This document shows, in pieces, positions 18,941-36,038 of a DNA stretch of 64,000 nt. The stretch's first letter is position 1. Each line of letters opens with the position of its first letter. Under the pieces are notes generated by a model, which saw only the letters and a list, made by a program, of their open reading frames with translations, had not been told where the DNA came from and ran no database searches. Source of the DNA: an uncultured Chloroflexia bacterium. Its GTDB lineage: Bacteria > Chloroflexota > Dehalococcoidia > UBA2979. The stretch is from positions 1,472,001 through 1,536,000 of the forward strand of contig CAVSIV010000006.1 of NCBI GenBank assembly GCA_963728205.1, in the 5' to 3' direction. A program made the position numbers and the translations under genes.

Positions 18941-19861
18941 TCATCGACGTGCGGTCGCCGCCCGCGCCGCGAACTGGCGCAGCCCGACCTCCCGGTCTCG
19001 CCCCTCGTTGAAGAGGTGACCGAATGCGACGAGGAAGATCGGCACGACGTCGACGTAGAAGCGCATGCGCCGCCGGAAGTGCGGGTCGACGCGGCCGGCG
19101 TAGCCGTCGAGGACCTGCTCGGTGAACGGCCACCCGTACGCGAGCAGCAGCCCGCCGAAGTCGAGCGCGGGGTCGGCGACCATCGCGTCGCCGAAGTCGA
19201 TCACGCCGGCGAGCGTGCCGTCCGGCGCCAGCAGGATGTGCGCCGGTGCGACGTCGCCGTGGACGAGCGTGCGCGGCGCGCCGCGCATGCCGCCCTCGGC
19301 GACGAAGCGAGCGGCGGTGGCGTCGAGCCACCCGCGGCTGCGGAGGCCGAGCAGTCCGCGATGCTCCGCGAACAGCGGCGCGTAGCGGTCGCGCCAGAGG
19401 TCGAGCTCGCGCACGCCCGCCGCCAGCGCGTCGGCGCGCGGCACGGCGTGGAGGCGCGTGAGGAAGTCCGCGAGCGACGCCGCCAGCGCCGCGCGCCGTG
19501 CGCCGCGGCCGAGCCGGCCGCGCGTCGCGGGCGCGCCTTCGATCAGGCGGTGCACGGTGGCGACGAGCGCACCGCGCTCGTCGACCAGCCCGCGCGACTC
19601 CCGCGGCGTCGGCAGGCGGCGCGCCGCGAGCAGCGGCAGCAGCGCGACCTCGCGCTCGAGGTCGCCCGTCACGGCGCGGAACGACTCGCCGCGCCGCAGC
19701 CGCAGCGCCCAGTCGCCGCGCGCGCCGGTCGAGCGGTCGGGCACGCGGTACGCCTCGGTGCCCCAGCCCTCGCCGATCTTCGTCGCGCGCGCGAGGTCGG
19801 CGCCGGGCAGCGCGCGCGCGGCGGCGTCGCGGACGGCGGGCGGGATCGCCGCGCGCGTCAT
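18941..19861 (-). CDS. Aminoglycoside phosphotransferase (APH/choline kinase) family protein
   Basis: GEGWGT, LVHGDVAPAHIL, GVIDFGD, DPALDF. Confidence 0.88.
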   Translation of the reverse strand: MTRAAIPPAVRDAAARALPGADLARATKIGEGWGTEAYRVPDRSTGARGDWALRLRRGESFRAVTGDLEREVALLPLLAARRLPTPRESRGLVDERGALVATVHRLIEGAPATRGRLGRGARRAALAASLADFLTRLHAVPRADALAAGVRELDLWRDRYAPLFAEHRGLLGLRSRGWLDATAARFVAEGGMRGAPRTLVHGDVAPAHILLAPDGTLAGVIDFGDAMVADPALDFGGLLLAYGWPFTEQVLDGYAGRVDPHFRRRMRFYVDVVPIFLVAFGHLFNEGRDREVGLRQFAARAATARR

Positions 19862-20779
19862 CGCGCACGCCTCGTCTCCGCCGCCGCCATCGCGGCGACC
19901 TGCCGCCGCGCGTAGGCGGTCCAGCGCGGGAGCTCGCGCTCGACGCCGATGCGGAGCGTCATCAGCGCCTGGAGCGACGCGTAGATCCGCATCCGCTCGC
20001 GGAAGCCCTGGTCGACCCGGCCGCCGTAGTGCGCGAGCGCGTCCTCCGCAAACGGCCCGTCCCACTCCTGCACGAGGCGGCGGAAGTCGAGCGCCGGGTC
20101 GCCGATGCGCGGCCCGGACCAGTCGAGCACCGCCATGAGCGAGCCGTCGCCGTCGACGAGCAGGTGCGCCGGCTGGAGGTCGTCGTGCAGCGGCACCGGC
20201 GGCGGCGCGGTGCGCAGCGCCCGGCGCAGGCGCCCGGCGGCCGCGTCGGCCCACGCGCGGCTGCGCGGCGGCAGCAGGTCGCGCGTCGGCGCGACGGTCG
20301 CGCCGACGAAGCCCGGCCACGGCGCCTCCTCCTCGGCGCCGCAGGCGCGGTAGTCGTCGAGCGGGAGCGCGTGGAGGCGCGAGAGGAACGCGGCAACCTG
20401 CACGGCGAGCGTGGCGCGGGCCGCGCGACCGCGCGCGCCGGCCGGCTCGCCGTCGACGTAGCGGTGCACGCCGGCGAGCACGCGGCCGGCGTCGTCGCGC
20501 ACGACGGCAGAACCGTCGACCACGGGCAGGCCGCGCGCGCGCAGCCGCGGCATCAGGCACGCCTGCCGCTCGATCTCCATCCGCGGCCCACGCGAGCTTC
20601 GGGATGCGCACGACGTAGTCGCCGTCACGCGCGGGCACCCGGTACGCGAGCGCGTTCCACCCCTCGCCGAGCAGCTCCGCGCGCGCCACCCGCACGCCCG
20701 GGAGCGCGTCGCGCAGTCGCGCGGCGAGCGCGCGGTCGATACGGCCGGTGTACGCGGGAGCCTCGGGCGGCGTGGGCAT
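19858..20779 (-). CDS. Second APH-family phosphotransferase (frameshift near 20585)
   Basis: LGEGWNA..VVRIPK, then LHDDLQPAHLL, VLDWSG, GDPALDF; tandem paralog. Confidence 0.8.
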
Positions 20780-20839
20780 GCCAGCGATGATGCGCCGCCG
20801 CGCCCGCGAGCGGCCAGCGCCCGGGCAGTCGGCGCTCGG

Positions 20840-23251
<2,412 letters not shown>

Positions 23252-23285
23252 CGTCTCCGTCGAGTTGTGCGCTGGCGGCCCACCG

Positions 23286-23372
23286 CAGCGGCGGCAGACA
23301 TGCCGCCGACAGAACGCGGATGTAGTCCGCGGCTGTCGCCGCGTCGCTGTCGGCGGCGTCTCTGCCGCCGCT
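23286..23372. repeat. REPIN-like family B copy
   Basis: Inverted REP pair with an internal hairpin. Confidence 0.75.
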
Positions 23373-23507
23373 TTGCGTGCCACGATACGTCCGGCGCGAC
23401 GGCCGGCGCTTCTCGATTCCTGCCCGGTTGGCGGCGGCGAAAACGAAGCCGCCGCTCATCCGAGCGGCGGCTGATCGAACGACCGGACGGGATGCGCGAC
23501 CCCGCGG

Positions 23508-24132
23508 CTAGCCGAACTTCGCGGTGGTCGCGAACGCCTTCTCGGTCGACGGCTTGAGCGGGTCGCGCTTGGCCTCGAACTCATCGATCGCGTCGGTGTG
23601 CTGCAGCGTGAGGCCGACGTCGTCGAGCCCGTTCAGCAGCCGGTGCTGCACGAACGGGTCGATGTCGAAGTGCCGCTCCCAGCCGGTGCCCGGCACCGTC
23701 ACGGTCTGCTTCGCCACGTCTACGACGATCTGCGCCGACGGCAGCTCCTCCGCGCGCGACATCAGGAAGTCGATGTCCTCCTGCGGCAGCGCGACCGTCA
23801 CCAGCCCGACCTTCGAGCAGTTGGTGCGGAAGATGTCGCCGAACGACGGCGCGATGATCGCCTGCACGCCCATGTCCTCGATCGCCCACACCGCGTGCTC
23901 GCGGCTCGAGCCGCAGCCGAAGTTCTGCTGCGCGAGCAGGATCTGGCGCGCCCGTGAAGCGCTCGTCGTTCGTCACGAACGACGGGTCCTTCTTCCAGTC
24001 GAAGAACGCGAACTCCCCGAAGCCGGAGCGCTCGATGCGCTTGAGGAACTGCTTCGGGATGATCTGGTCGGTGTCGACGTCGGCCCGGTTCAGCGGGATC
24101 GCGTTGCCGGTGACGGTCGTGACCTTGTGCAT
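23508..24132 (-). CDS. leuD: 3-isopropylmalate dehydratase small subunit (frameshift near 23945)
   Basis: [14 protein letters not shown]; [14 protein letters not shown]; APSFGDIF; [12 protein letters not shown]. Confidence 0.92.
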
Positions 24133-24142
24133 GAGTGCGCTC

Positions 24143-25540
24143 CTACAGCTTCCGCACGTCGACGAAGTGGCCGGCGATCGCGGCGCCGGCGGCCATCGCC
24201 GGCGAGACCAGGTGGGTGCGGCCGCCCGCGCCCTGCCGGCCCTCGAAGTTGCGGTTGCTCGTGCTCGCGCAGCGCTCGCCGGGCAGCAGGATGTCGGGGT
24301 TCATGCCCAGGCACATCGAGCACCCGGGCTCGCGCCACTCGAAGCCCGCGTCGAGGAAGACCTGGTCGAGGCCCTCCTCCTCCGCCTGCTGCTTCACCAG
24401 GCCCGATCCCGGCACGACCATCGCCTTCACGCTCGCCGCGACGTGCTGGCCTTTCGCCACCGCCGCGGCCGCGCGCAGGTCCTCGATGCGGCCGTTCGTG
24501 CACGAGCCGATGAACACACGGTCGATCGCGATGTCCTCGATGCGCGTGCCGGCGCGCAGGTCCATGTACTTGAGCGAGCGCTCGGCCGTCTCGCGCGCCG
24601 ACGCCGACCGCGCCTCCTCGGGCCGCGGCACGGCGCCGCTGATCGTGACGCTCTGCGCGGGCGTCGTGCCCCAGGTGACGAACGGCTCGATGTCCTCGCC
24701 GCGCAGCGTGATGTTCGTGTCGAAGACCGCGCCCTCGTCGGTCGCGAGGGCGCGCCAGCGCTCGACCGCCGCGTCCCAGTCCGCGCCCTGCGGCGCGAAG
24801 TCGCGACCCTTGAGGTAGGCGAACGTCGTCTCGTCCGGCGCGACGAGGCCGGCGCGTGCGCCGCCCTCGATCGTCATGTTGCACACCGTCATCCGCCCCT
24901 CCATCGAGAGGTTGCGGAAGACCTCGCCGCGGTACTCGATCACGTGGCCGATGCCGCCGTCGACGCCGATGCGGTTGATGATCGCGAGCGCGACGTCCTT
25001 CGCGGTGACGTGATCGTGCAGCGCGCCCGTGACCTCGACCGACATCGTCAGCGGGCGCATCTGCGGCAGCGTCTGCGTCGCCAGCACGTGCTCGACCTCG
25101 GACGTGCCGATGCCGAACGCGAGCGCGCCCATCGCGCCGTGGGTCGACGTGTGCGAGTCGCCGCAGACGATGGTCATGCCGGGCTGGGTGAGCCCGTGCT
25201 CGGGGCTGATGATGTGCACGATGCCCTGGCGCAGGTCGAAGATGTCCCACAGCGGGACGCCGAACTCCGTGCAGTTCTCGCGCAGCGTCTCGATCTGCTG
25301 CGCCGAGAGCGGGTCGGGGTTCGGGAGCGAGCGGTCGGTGGTCGGCACGTTGTGGTCGACCGTCGCGAGCGTGAGGTCGGGCCGGCGCACCGTGCGGGCG
25401 TTCAGGCGCAGGCTCTCGAACGCCTGCGGGCTCGTGACTTCGTGCACCAGGTGCAGGTCGATGTAGAGCAGGTCGGGCTCGCCCGGCTCGTGGCGGACGA
25501 CGTGCTCGTCCCAGATCTTCTCGATGATCGTGCGCGGCAT
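24143..25540 (-). CDS. leuC: 3-isopropylmalate dehydratase large subunit
   Basis: [53 protein letters not shown]. Confidence 0.97.
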   Translation of the reverse strand: MPRTIIEKIWDEHVVRHEPGEPDLLYIDLHLVHEVTSPQAFESLRLNARTVRRPDLTLATVDHNVPTTDRSLPNPDPLSAQQIETLRENCTEFGVPLWDIFDLRQGIVHIISPEHGLTQPGMTIVCGDSHTSTHGAMGALAFGIGTSEVEHVLATQTLPQMRPLTMSVEVTGALHDHVTAKDVALAIINRIGVDGGIGHVIEYRGEVFRNLSMEGRMTVCNMTIEGGARAGLVAPDETTFAYLKGRDFAPQGADWDAAVERWRALATDEGAVFDTNITLRGEDIEPFVTWGTTPAQSVTISGAVPRPEEARSASARETAERSLKYMDLRAGTRIEDIAIDRVFIGSCTNGRIEDLRAAAAVAKGQHVAASVKAMVVPGSGLVKQQAEEEGLDQVFLDAGFEWREPGCSMCLGMNPDILLPGERCASTSNRNFEGRQGAGGRTHLVSPAMAAGAAIAGHFVDVRKL

Positions 25541-25672
25541 TGGCCCTCCGGGGCGCGCGGCAGGCTTCGGGCCCGCCGTCTGCAATAGGTACTCACGTCC
25601 ACGGCAGGCCTGAAGCCTGCCGCGCGCCGGGCGGACGCGCAACGCGCCTCCCGGCACTCGTGCCGGGAACTC

Positions 25673-27235
<1,563 letters not shown>

Positions 27236-27284
27236 GGTGTCGTTCCTCGGGTGCTGGTCGGTGTCGTTGCCTGCGGTGGGGCGG

Positions 27285-27466
27285 GGCCCTCCCGTTCCTC
27301 CCTACGACGGGAGGACGGAGGGCCGGGGAAGCACCAGGCGTCCCCGGCGCCGCATACGCAGAAGGGACGTTCCCGCCCCTTCGCGCGCGCCCGTGGGCGC
27401 GCAGCCGCCACCGTACGTGCGTACGGCTACCGCTGCTGCGCCTGCCCGGGACCACGACCGGCTCAC
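27285..27466 (-). promoter_or_regulatory. Structured leuA leader with a short Leu/Val-containing ORF
   Basis: Several consecutive hairpins; ORF MRRRGRLVLPRPSVLPS (27355-27302) whose stop lies at the loop of the last hairpin. Confidence 0.4.
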
Positions 27467-27479
27467 GACTGCGCTCTTC

Positions 27480-28058
27480 CTACTTGCTCACGAACGGGAG
27501 GGCTTCCTCGTCGGGGCGACGTCCGCCCTCGGCGTGGAAGCGCTGCGCCGTCTCGGATTCCTTCTCGTGCACCGCGGTGGCGCGATTGCCGCGGACCATC
27601 GCCACGCGGCCCGTCCGCACCATCTCGCGGATGCCGTACGGCCGCAGGTTGTCCAGCAGCGCCTCGAGCGTATCGCCCGTCGCGACGACCTGGATGATCA
27701 GGCTGTTCGGCGTCACGTCCACGACCGACGCGCGGAAGACGTCGACGAGGTCGAGCACCTCGCGCCGCTGCTCCGGCGTGCAGCGCACCTTGATCAGCGC
27801 GAGCTCGCGGGCGACGGCCTCTTCCTTCGTGAGGTCCGAGACCTTCACGACGTCGATCAGCTTGTAGAGCTGCTTCTCGACCTGCTCGACGATCCCGTCC
27901 GCGCCGTCGAGGACGATCGTCATGCGCGAGATCCCGCGCTCGTCCGTCCCGCCGACGGCGAGCGAGTCGATGTTGAACCCGCGTCGCCGGAACAGCGACG
28001 CGACGCGGTTCAGCACGCCGGGTCTGTCTTCGACGAGCGCGACCACGGTGTGCTTCAT
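27480..28058 (-). CDS. ilvN: Acetolactate synthase small regulatory subunit
   Basis: EDRPGVLNRVASLFRRRGFNIDSL, QLYKLIDV, RELALIKV, EMVRTG. Confidence 0.96.
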   Translation of the reverse strand: MKHTVVALVEDRPGVLNRVASLFRRRGFNIDSLAVGGTDERGISRMTIVLDGADGIVEQVEKQLYKLIDVVKVSDLTKEEAVARELALIKVRCTPEQRREVLDLVDVFRASVVDVTPNSLIIQVVATGDTLEALLDNLRPYGIREMVRTGRVAMVRGNRATAVHEKESETAQRFHAEGGRRPDEEALPFVSK

Positions 28059-28098
28059 CGGGACACCTCGTCGCCACGGGCCGCTCGCGCGCATCCCT

Positions 28099-28151
28099 CA
28101 GCGGCGGCAGATATGCCGCCGACCCGGTCGGCGGCATATCTGCCGCCGCTG
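28099..28151. repeat. REPIN-like family B copy
   Basis: Near-perfect hairpin CAGCGGCGGCAGATATGCCGCCGAC-CCG-GTCGGCGGCATATCTGCCGCCGCTG between ilvB and ilvN. Confidence 0.8.
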
Positions 28152-28170
28152 TGGTCGATCGCCGTGCGGA

Positions 28171-29904
28171 TCATCGCGCCACCTCCGGCTTCGCCGGCGC
28201 CGGCCGGCCGAGCAGCCGCGCGATCTCGTCGGCGCTCTCCACCGTCTCGGACAGGGCCGCACCCGCCGGCACCATCGGCCACACGTTGCCCTCGGCCTCC
28301 ACGCGGAAGTCGAGCAGCACCGGGCCGTCGTGCGCGTTCGCTTCGGCGATCGCGTCGCTCACCTGCGACCGGTCCGTGACGAGGATGCCCTTGATGCCGT
28401 ACGCCTCCGCGAGCTTCACGAAGTCGGGCTGCGACATCGCGACCGAGACGTAGTTGTTCTGGTAGATGAGCTCCTGCCACTGACGGACCATGCCCAGGTA
28501 GCCGTTGTTCATGATCGCCATCTTCACGGGGACGTGCTCGTCCACCATCGTGGCGATCTCCTGGAACGTCATCTGGAAGCCGCCGTCGCCGCAGATCGTC
28601 CAGCACACGCGGTCCGGGCAGGCAATCTGCGCGCCCAGCGCCGCCGGCACCTCGAACCCCATCGTCCCGAGCCCGCCCGACGTGATCAGCTGGTACGGGC
28701 GCGAGATGCGCATGAACTGCGCGGCCCACATCTGGTGCTGGCCGACGCCGGTCACGACGACGCCCTCGGTGCCGATCGAGTCCGCGATGCGGTCGACGAC
28801 GTACTGCGTCGTCAGCGTGTCCCTGGTCGGGATTGCCATCGACTGGCCGTGCTCGGCGCGCACCTGGTCGATCCAGCGGACCCACTCGACGTGCGAGCGC
28901 TGCTCGACCGCCTCGGTGAGCTGGCCGAGCACCTCCTTCGCGTCGCCGACGACCGGAACCGTCGCGACGATGTTCTTGTTGTGCTCGGCCGGGTCGATGT
29001 CGATGTGCACGACCTTCGCCGTCGGGTTCATGTCGGCGAAGCGGCCGAGTGCGCGGTCGTCCATGCGCATGCCGACCGCGACGATGACGTCGGCGTTCGA
29101 CGCGGCCTGGTTCGCCCAGTACGAGCCGTGCATGCCCATCATCCCGTAGTTCAGGACGTGGTCGTGCGGCATGCCGCCGAGCCCGAGCAGCGTGTGCAGC
29201 ACCGGGATGCCGGCCTTCTCCGTGAAGGCGCGCAACTCGGCATCCGCCCGGCCGAGGATGACGCCGTGGCCGGCGAAGACGACGGGCCGCTCGGCGGCGT
29301 CGATCAGCGCGGCGGCGCGCTTCACCTGCGCCGGGTTGCCGCGCGTGACCGGGCGGTAGCCGCGGATCACGACCTCGGCCGGCCACTCGAACTCCGCCTC
29401 CTCCGTGAAGACGTCCTTCGGGATGTCGATGTGCACCGGGCCGGGACGGCCCGTGGTGGCGATGTGCGCGGCCTCGGCGAACGTGTACGCGAGGTCCTGC
29501 GCGCGCATCACCAGGTAGTTGTGCTTCACGATCGGCGTCGTGATGCCGGTGATGTCGGCCTCCTGGAAGCCGTCCTTCCCCAGCAGGTTGCGGGCGACGT
29601 TGCCGGTGATGAACAGCGTCGGGACGCTGTCCATCATCGCGGTCGTGATCGGCGTCACCAGGTTCGTCGCGCCCGGGCCGGAGGTCGCCAGCGCGACGCC
29701 GAGCTTGCCCGACGCGCGCGCGAAGCCGTCGGCCGCGTGGCCGCCGCCCTGCTCGTGGCGCACGAGGATGTGACGAATCTCGGGGTGCGCCGGCAGGCGG
29801 TCGTACAGCGGCAGCACGACGCCGCCGGGGTAGCCGAAGATCGTGGTCGCTTCGAGCCGCTTCAGGCTCTCGAGGACGATGTCCGCCCCGCTCATCCTGG
29901 TCAT
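28171..29904 (-). CDS. ilvB: Acetolactate synthase large subunit
   Basis: FGYPGG, RHEQG, TSGPGATN, GRPGPVHIDIPKD, GVGQHQMW, TPP motif GDGGFQMT..NNGYLGMVRQWQ. Confidence 0.97.
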   Translation of the reverse strand: MTRMSGADIVLESLKRLEATTIFGYPGGVVLPLYDRLPAHPEIRHILVRHEQGGGHAADGFARASGKLGVALATSGPGATNLVTPITTAMMDSVPTLFITGNVARNLLGKDGFQEADITGITTPIVKHNYLVMRAQDLAYTFAEAAHIATTGRPGPVHIDIPKDVFTEEAEFEWPAEVVIRGYRPVTRGNPAQVKRAAALIDAAERPVVFAGHGVILGRADAELRAFTEKAGIPVLHTLLGLGGMPHDHVLNYGMMGMHGSYWANQAASNADVIVAVGMRMDDRALGRFADMNPTAKVVHIDIDPAEHNKNIVATVPVVGDAKEVLGQLTEAVEQRSHVEWVRWIDQVRAEHGQSMAIPTRDTLTTQYVVDRIADSIGTEGVVVTGVGQHQMWAAQFMRISRPYQLITSGGLGTMGFEVPAALGAQIACPDRVCWTICGDGGFQMTFQEIATMVDEHVPVKMAIMNNGYLGMVRQWQELIYQNNYVSVAMSQPDFVKLAEAYGIKGILVTDRSQVSDAIAEANAHDGPVLLDFRVEAEGNVWPMVPAGAALSETVESADEIARLLGRPAPAKPEVAR

Positions 29905-29977
29905 GTGGCCGTCCGTACTTCTGTCTGCGTGCCCTGCCGGTGGGAGGCGGGCGATGCTACCGGTGTCGAGACATGGA

Positions 29978-30035
29978 AACAGCCCGGCACGCGGGCTGGC
30001 AGGCGATCCTTCCGCGACGGCGGGAAGGACCGCCT
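29978..30035 (-). terminator. ilvB attenuator hairpins
   Basis: Hairpin 30001-30035 overlaps the leader stop; followed by CAGCCC-loop-GGGCTG with a short U tract. Confidence 0.6.
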
Positions 30036-30120
30036 AGGTAAGTACGAGTACGAGGAGGTCGAGGCCGCGGAGGATCGCGGTCTGCGAGGTCGCGCCGGTG
30101 AGGATGTGCGTGCGCGTCAT
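30034..30120 (-). CDS. ilv operon leader peptide MTRTHILTGATSQTAILRGLDLLVLVLT
   Basis: 28-aa ORF ending in an LLVLVL run; 8 nt after a TTGACG-N18-AATACT promoter (30129-30158). Confidence 0.8.
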   Translation of the reverse strand: MTRTHILTGATSQTAILRGLDLLVLVLT

Positions 30121-30205
30121 AGGCAACCAGTATTGGGGCCGCACGGAGCCGGCGTCAAATCGGGGAAACCCGCACGGGGGCGGTGAGGCGGACCGCCGAG
30201 ATCGC

Positions 30206-30451
30206 CCGCTTCGAGCGGCGCCTCAAGGCGCTGAGCCTCTCGGCCGAGGATGCCGCGCGCCGGCGCCGAGCCTCTCGGGGAAGGACGCCCCGCGCCTCAG
30301 CGCCTTCACCAGGCGCCGCTCGAAGCAAGCGTCCGCTCGGCCGAGGACGCCCCGCGTCTCAGCGCCTTCACCAGGCGCCGCTCGAAGCAAGCGTCCGCTT
30401 GGCCGAGGGTGCCCCGCGCCTCAGCGCCTTCACCAGGCGCCGCTCGAAGCG
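30206..30451. repeat. REP-like family C cluster with three 62-bp tandem units
   Basis: CGCCTTCACCAGGCGCCGCTCGAAGC at 30301, 30363 and 30425, plus an inverted copy at ~30206. Confidence 0.8.
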
Positions 30452-30462
30452 AGTGCCGGCCC

Positions 30463-33135
<2,673 letters not shown>

Positions 33136-33171
33136 GCGACGCATCCTACCGCGCGCCGAGCCAGCCCCCTG

Positions 33172-34698
33172 CTACTGGCCCCACACGCTCGTGTCGGGGT
33201 AGTCGGCCGACCAGGCGAACCAGAACACCGTCCGCGTCGCGAAGGCGTTGCGCACGCGGCCGTTGCGCGCGTTCAGCAGCCGCCGCTCGTCCATGAACCA
33301 GCGCAGGCCGTCGTCGCTCGTGACCTCGAGCGCGTCCGGCGGGCCCTCGACGCCAGTGAACGTGACGTCGCTCTCGTCGAAGACCGACACGCCCGTGCCG
33401 GCGCCGAGTGACACCAGCAGCACGTCCTGTCCCCCGACGCGGTCGTGCACGAAGCCGGCCGCCTGGATCTTCGCGAGCGGGTAGGCGCGCGCCGCCCCGT
33501 TCACGACGATGCCGAGCACCCGGTCCTTCGCGCCGAGCCGGTTGTCGACCGTGCCGGCCGGGTAGAGCGGTCCCGGTGCCGCGTCGACGGCCTTCGTCGC
33601 CGCGCCGGCGCTGTAGTCGCGCACGAAGCCCGTGTCGAGCGCGAGCACCTCGGTGGCGGGGTGGCGCGCCGACCAGTCTGCCCACGTCGTGCGCAGCAGC
33701 GGCAGCGCGATCAGGTGGACGCCGGCGGCGGCCGCCGGCCCGGCGATCGCGGCGCCGGACAGCGGATCCCAGAGGCTGTGCGTCTGCTCGTCGAAGAGCA
33801 GCCGGCGCGAGCGATAGACGAGCCCCGACGTGCCGAACGTGTACGTCGTGCCGTCGCTGGCCGTGCGACGGAACGCCGCGGCGCTGCCGCAGGTAGCGCA
33901 ATCCACGATCAGCACGTCGGCGCCGCCCACGACGTCGCTCACGATCTCGTGCCAGGCGAGGATGCGCTCCGGGTACGCCACGCGGTCCTCGTTGAGGAAG
34001 AGCCCGTAAACGATGTCGCCGTCGGCCAGGTAGCGCTCCTCCGAGCGGTGCACGCGCTGCGGCCCGACGAGCGGCGGCAGGCCGTCGACGGCGACCTGGC
34101 CCCAGATCAGCTCGTCGGGCCGCACGGCGCCCCCGAGCTGGTCGTCGATCAGCCGCGCGAAGCGCGGGTCGACGAGGCTGAGCAGGTGTCCCTTCCACGT
34201 CGCGTAGCCCTGCGGCAGCGGCGGCTGGTGCTGTGCGACCCACGCGTACCAGGCGTTGCCGTCGGCGAGCTGCTGGCCGGTGATGCGCAGCAGCGCCTCT
34301 CGGCAGTAGCGCGACCAGCCGACGTCGAGCGACAGCATGTCGACGAGCGGCGCGATGAACCGCTGATCGCCGCTCTGCGCCATGGTCTCGATTGCGGCGA
34401 CGACGTCGGGACCGGGCGGCGTGCACTTCGGGCCGAGCGCCGGGTCGGCGTACCAGCAGACGGCCTGCTGGAGGATCGCCATGACGCCGCCGTCCGTGAG
34501 GTTGCGCGGCGGCGTGGCGGTGGGCGTCGGTGTCGCGCCAATCGTGCGCGGGATGAAGACGGGCTGGGGCGTCGCGGTGGCGGAGGGCGCGGCGGTGCGC
34601 GGCGCGGCCGCGCACCCGGCGGCGACCGCGACGAGCACGGCGAGCGCGGCAGCGACGGCGGCTGCGCGCGGCGTCCCCGGCCGCGCGGTCCGCGGCAA
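33172..34698 (-). CDS. DUF3179-family lipoprotein
   Basis: Lipobox AAGC; DGLPPL, AYPERILAWHEIVSD, CATCGS, FGTSGLVY, TVFWFAW; start uncertain (TTG). Confidence 0.75.
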   Translation of the reverse strand: MPRTARPGTPRAAAVAAALAVLVAVAAGCAAAPRTAAPSATATPQPVFIPRTIGATPTPTATPPRNLTDGGVMAILQQAVCWYADPALGPKCTPPGPDVVAAIETMAQSGDQRFIAPLVDMLSLDVGWSRYCREALLRITGQQLADGNAWYAWVAQHQPPLPQGYATWKGHLLSLVDPRFARLIDDQLGGAVRPDELIWGQVAVDGLPPLVGPQRVHRSEERYLADGDIVYGLFLNEDRVAYPERILAWHEIVSDVVGGADVLIVDCATCGSAAAFRRTASDGTTYTFGTSGLVYRSRRLLFDEQTHSLWDPLSGAAIAGPAAAAGVHLIALPLLRTTWADWSARHPATEVLALDTGFVRDYSAGAATKAVDAAPGPLYPAGTVDNRLGAKDRVLGIVVNGAARAYPLAKIQAAGFVHDRVGGQDVLLVSLGAGTGVSVFDESDVTFTGVEGPPDALEVTSDDGLRWFMDERRLLNARNGRVRNAFATRTVFWFAWSADYPDTSVWGQ

Positions 34699-34700
34699 CG

Positions 34701-35901
34701 TCAGCGCTCCGGGTGACGGGAGGCGGTCAGCCGGCGGGCGAGCGCGGCGACCGGCCGCAGCGTGCGCGATCCGATCGGCCCGAAGGTGCGCGGCACGTCG
34801 TGGTAGTCGATCTCGCCGCGCACGAGCCGGCAGCACTGGCGCCAGACGCGGTCCACGTGCTGCAGCGACCACACGAACGGCTCGGGCCGCGCCTGGAAGA
34901 TCTGCCACAGCGCATACGAGGTCTCGAGATCGTCGCCCAGCTGCGTCTCGACGGCGTCGTGGTATGCCGCGAGCGAGGTCGCGCGCTCGCCGAGCAGCGC
35001 CTCGACCGGCGCGGCGACCGCGATGCCCGACACGATCGCGGCGTGGATGCCCTCGCCGGAGAGCGGGTCGACCAGCCCGGCGGCGTCGCCGACCACGGCC
35101 GCGGCGCCCTGCGCCGCGAGCATGCCGCGGCGGCGCATCGGCAGGTGGTGGCCGCGCAGCGACTCCAGCCGGCCCGCGTCGAGCCCGTAGAATCTCGCAC
35201 ACGCGCCGCAGCGCCGGGCGCAGCCGCTTGCCGGCGACGCCCCGGTACCCGCCGACGCCGACGTTCACGTGGTCGCCCTTCGGGAAGACCCAGCCGTAGC
35301 CGCCCGGCACGTAGCCGAAGTTCAGCACGACCGTGCGCCGGAACTCGGCGGGGATGCCGCCGGGGAACGGGATATTCCCCTCGAGTGCGACCGCCGCGTC
35401 GGCGGCCGGCGCGAAGCCGAGCGCGCCGGCGACCACGCCGTTCGCGCCGTCGGCGCCGATCACGACGCGGGCGCGCAGCGTTCCGCCGGCGGTGTCGACG
35501 GCGTACGAGCCGTCGGCGAGCCGGCGCACGTCGCGCACGAGCTGGCCATCGCGAAACTCGACGCCGGCCTCCTGCGCGCGCTCGACGAGGTAGGCGTCGA
35601 GCCGCCGTCGCTGCGTCATGAACGTGAGCGGCACGCCCGCCTCGAGGCGCACGTCCTCGCCGTCGCGCAGCCGCACGCGCGCGCTGCTGACGAGCGACTC
35701 CACCACGGGGTCGAGCGGGAACGGGAGCAGTCGCGAGGTGCGGATGGTGACGCCGCCGCCGCAGGGCTTGTCGCGCGGGAACGTCGCGCGGTCCAGCAGC
35801 AGCACGCGCGCGTGCCCGCGCAGCGACGGCCGCGACGCGATCTCGCGGGCCGCCGTGCTCCCGGCCGGCCCGGCTCCGACGACGATGACCTCGGCGTCCA
35901 T
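34701..35901 (-). CDS. Geranylgeranyl reductase family FAD oxidoreductase (frameshift near 35190)
   Basis: VVGAGPAGS, FPRDKPCGGG, GADGANG, GYGWVFPKG, then VGDAAGLVDPLSGEGI in the next frame. Confidence 0.88.
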
Positions 35902-35942
35902 GTCGCCCGATGGTATCGGCGCCCCCCGATCCGGGCGAGCGC

Positions 35943-35978
35943 CCCCGCGGCGAACGGCCCCGCGTCAGCGGGCTGAGG
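35943..35978. repeat. Intergenic repeat family E
   Basis: CCCGCGGCGAACGGCCCCGCGTCAGCGGGCTGAG; near-identical reverse complement at ~44669-44702. Confidence 0.55.
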
Positions 35979-36038
35979 CAGCCACGCGGTCCGTTCGCCG
36001 GTGGGCCGCTCACCCAAGGAGCGGCAGCGGTAGCAGCG

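Noticed and set aside
30290-30451. 62-bp tandem as a mini-CRISPR
   Set aside because: The intervening sequences are near-identical and the motif occurs as dispersed REP-like copies.
33172-35901. 909-aa GGR-DUF3179 fusion in the ORF track
   Set aside because: Artefact of the frameshift near 35190; the GGR C-terminus is in another frame ending at 34701, and DUF3179 has its own lipoprotein signal.
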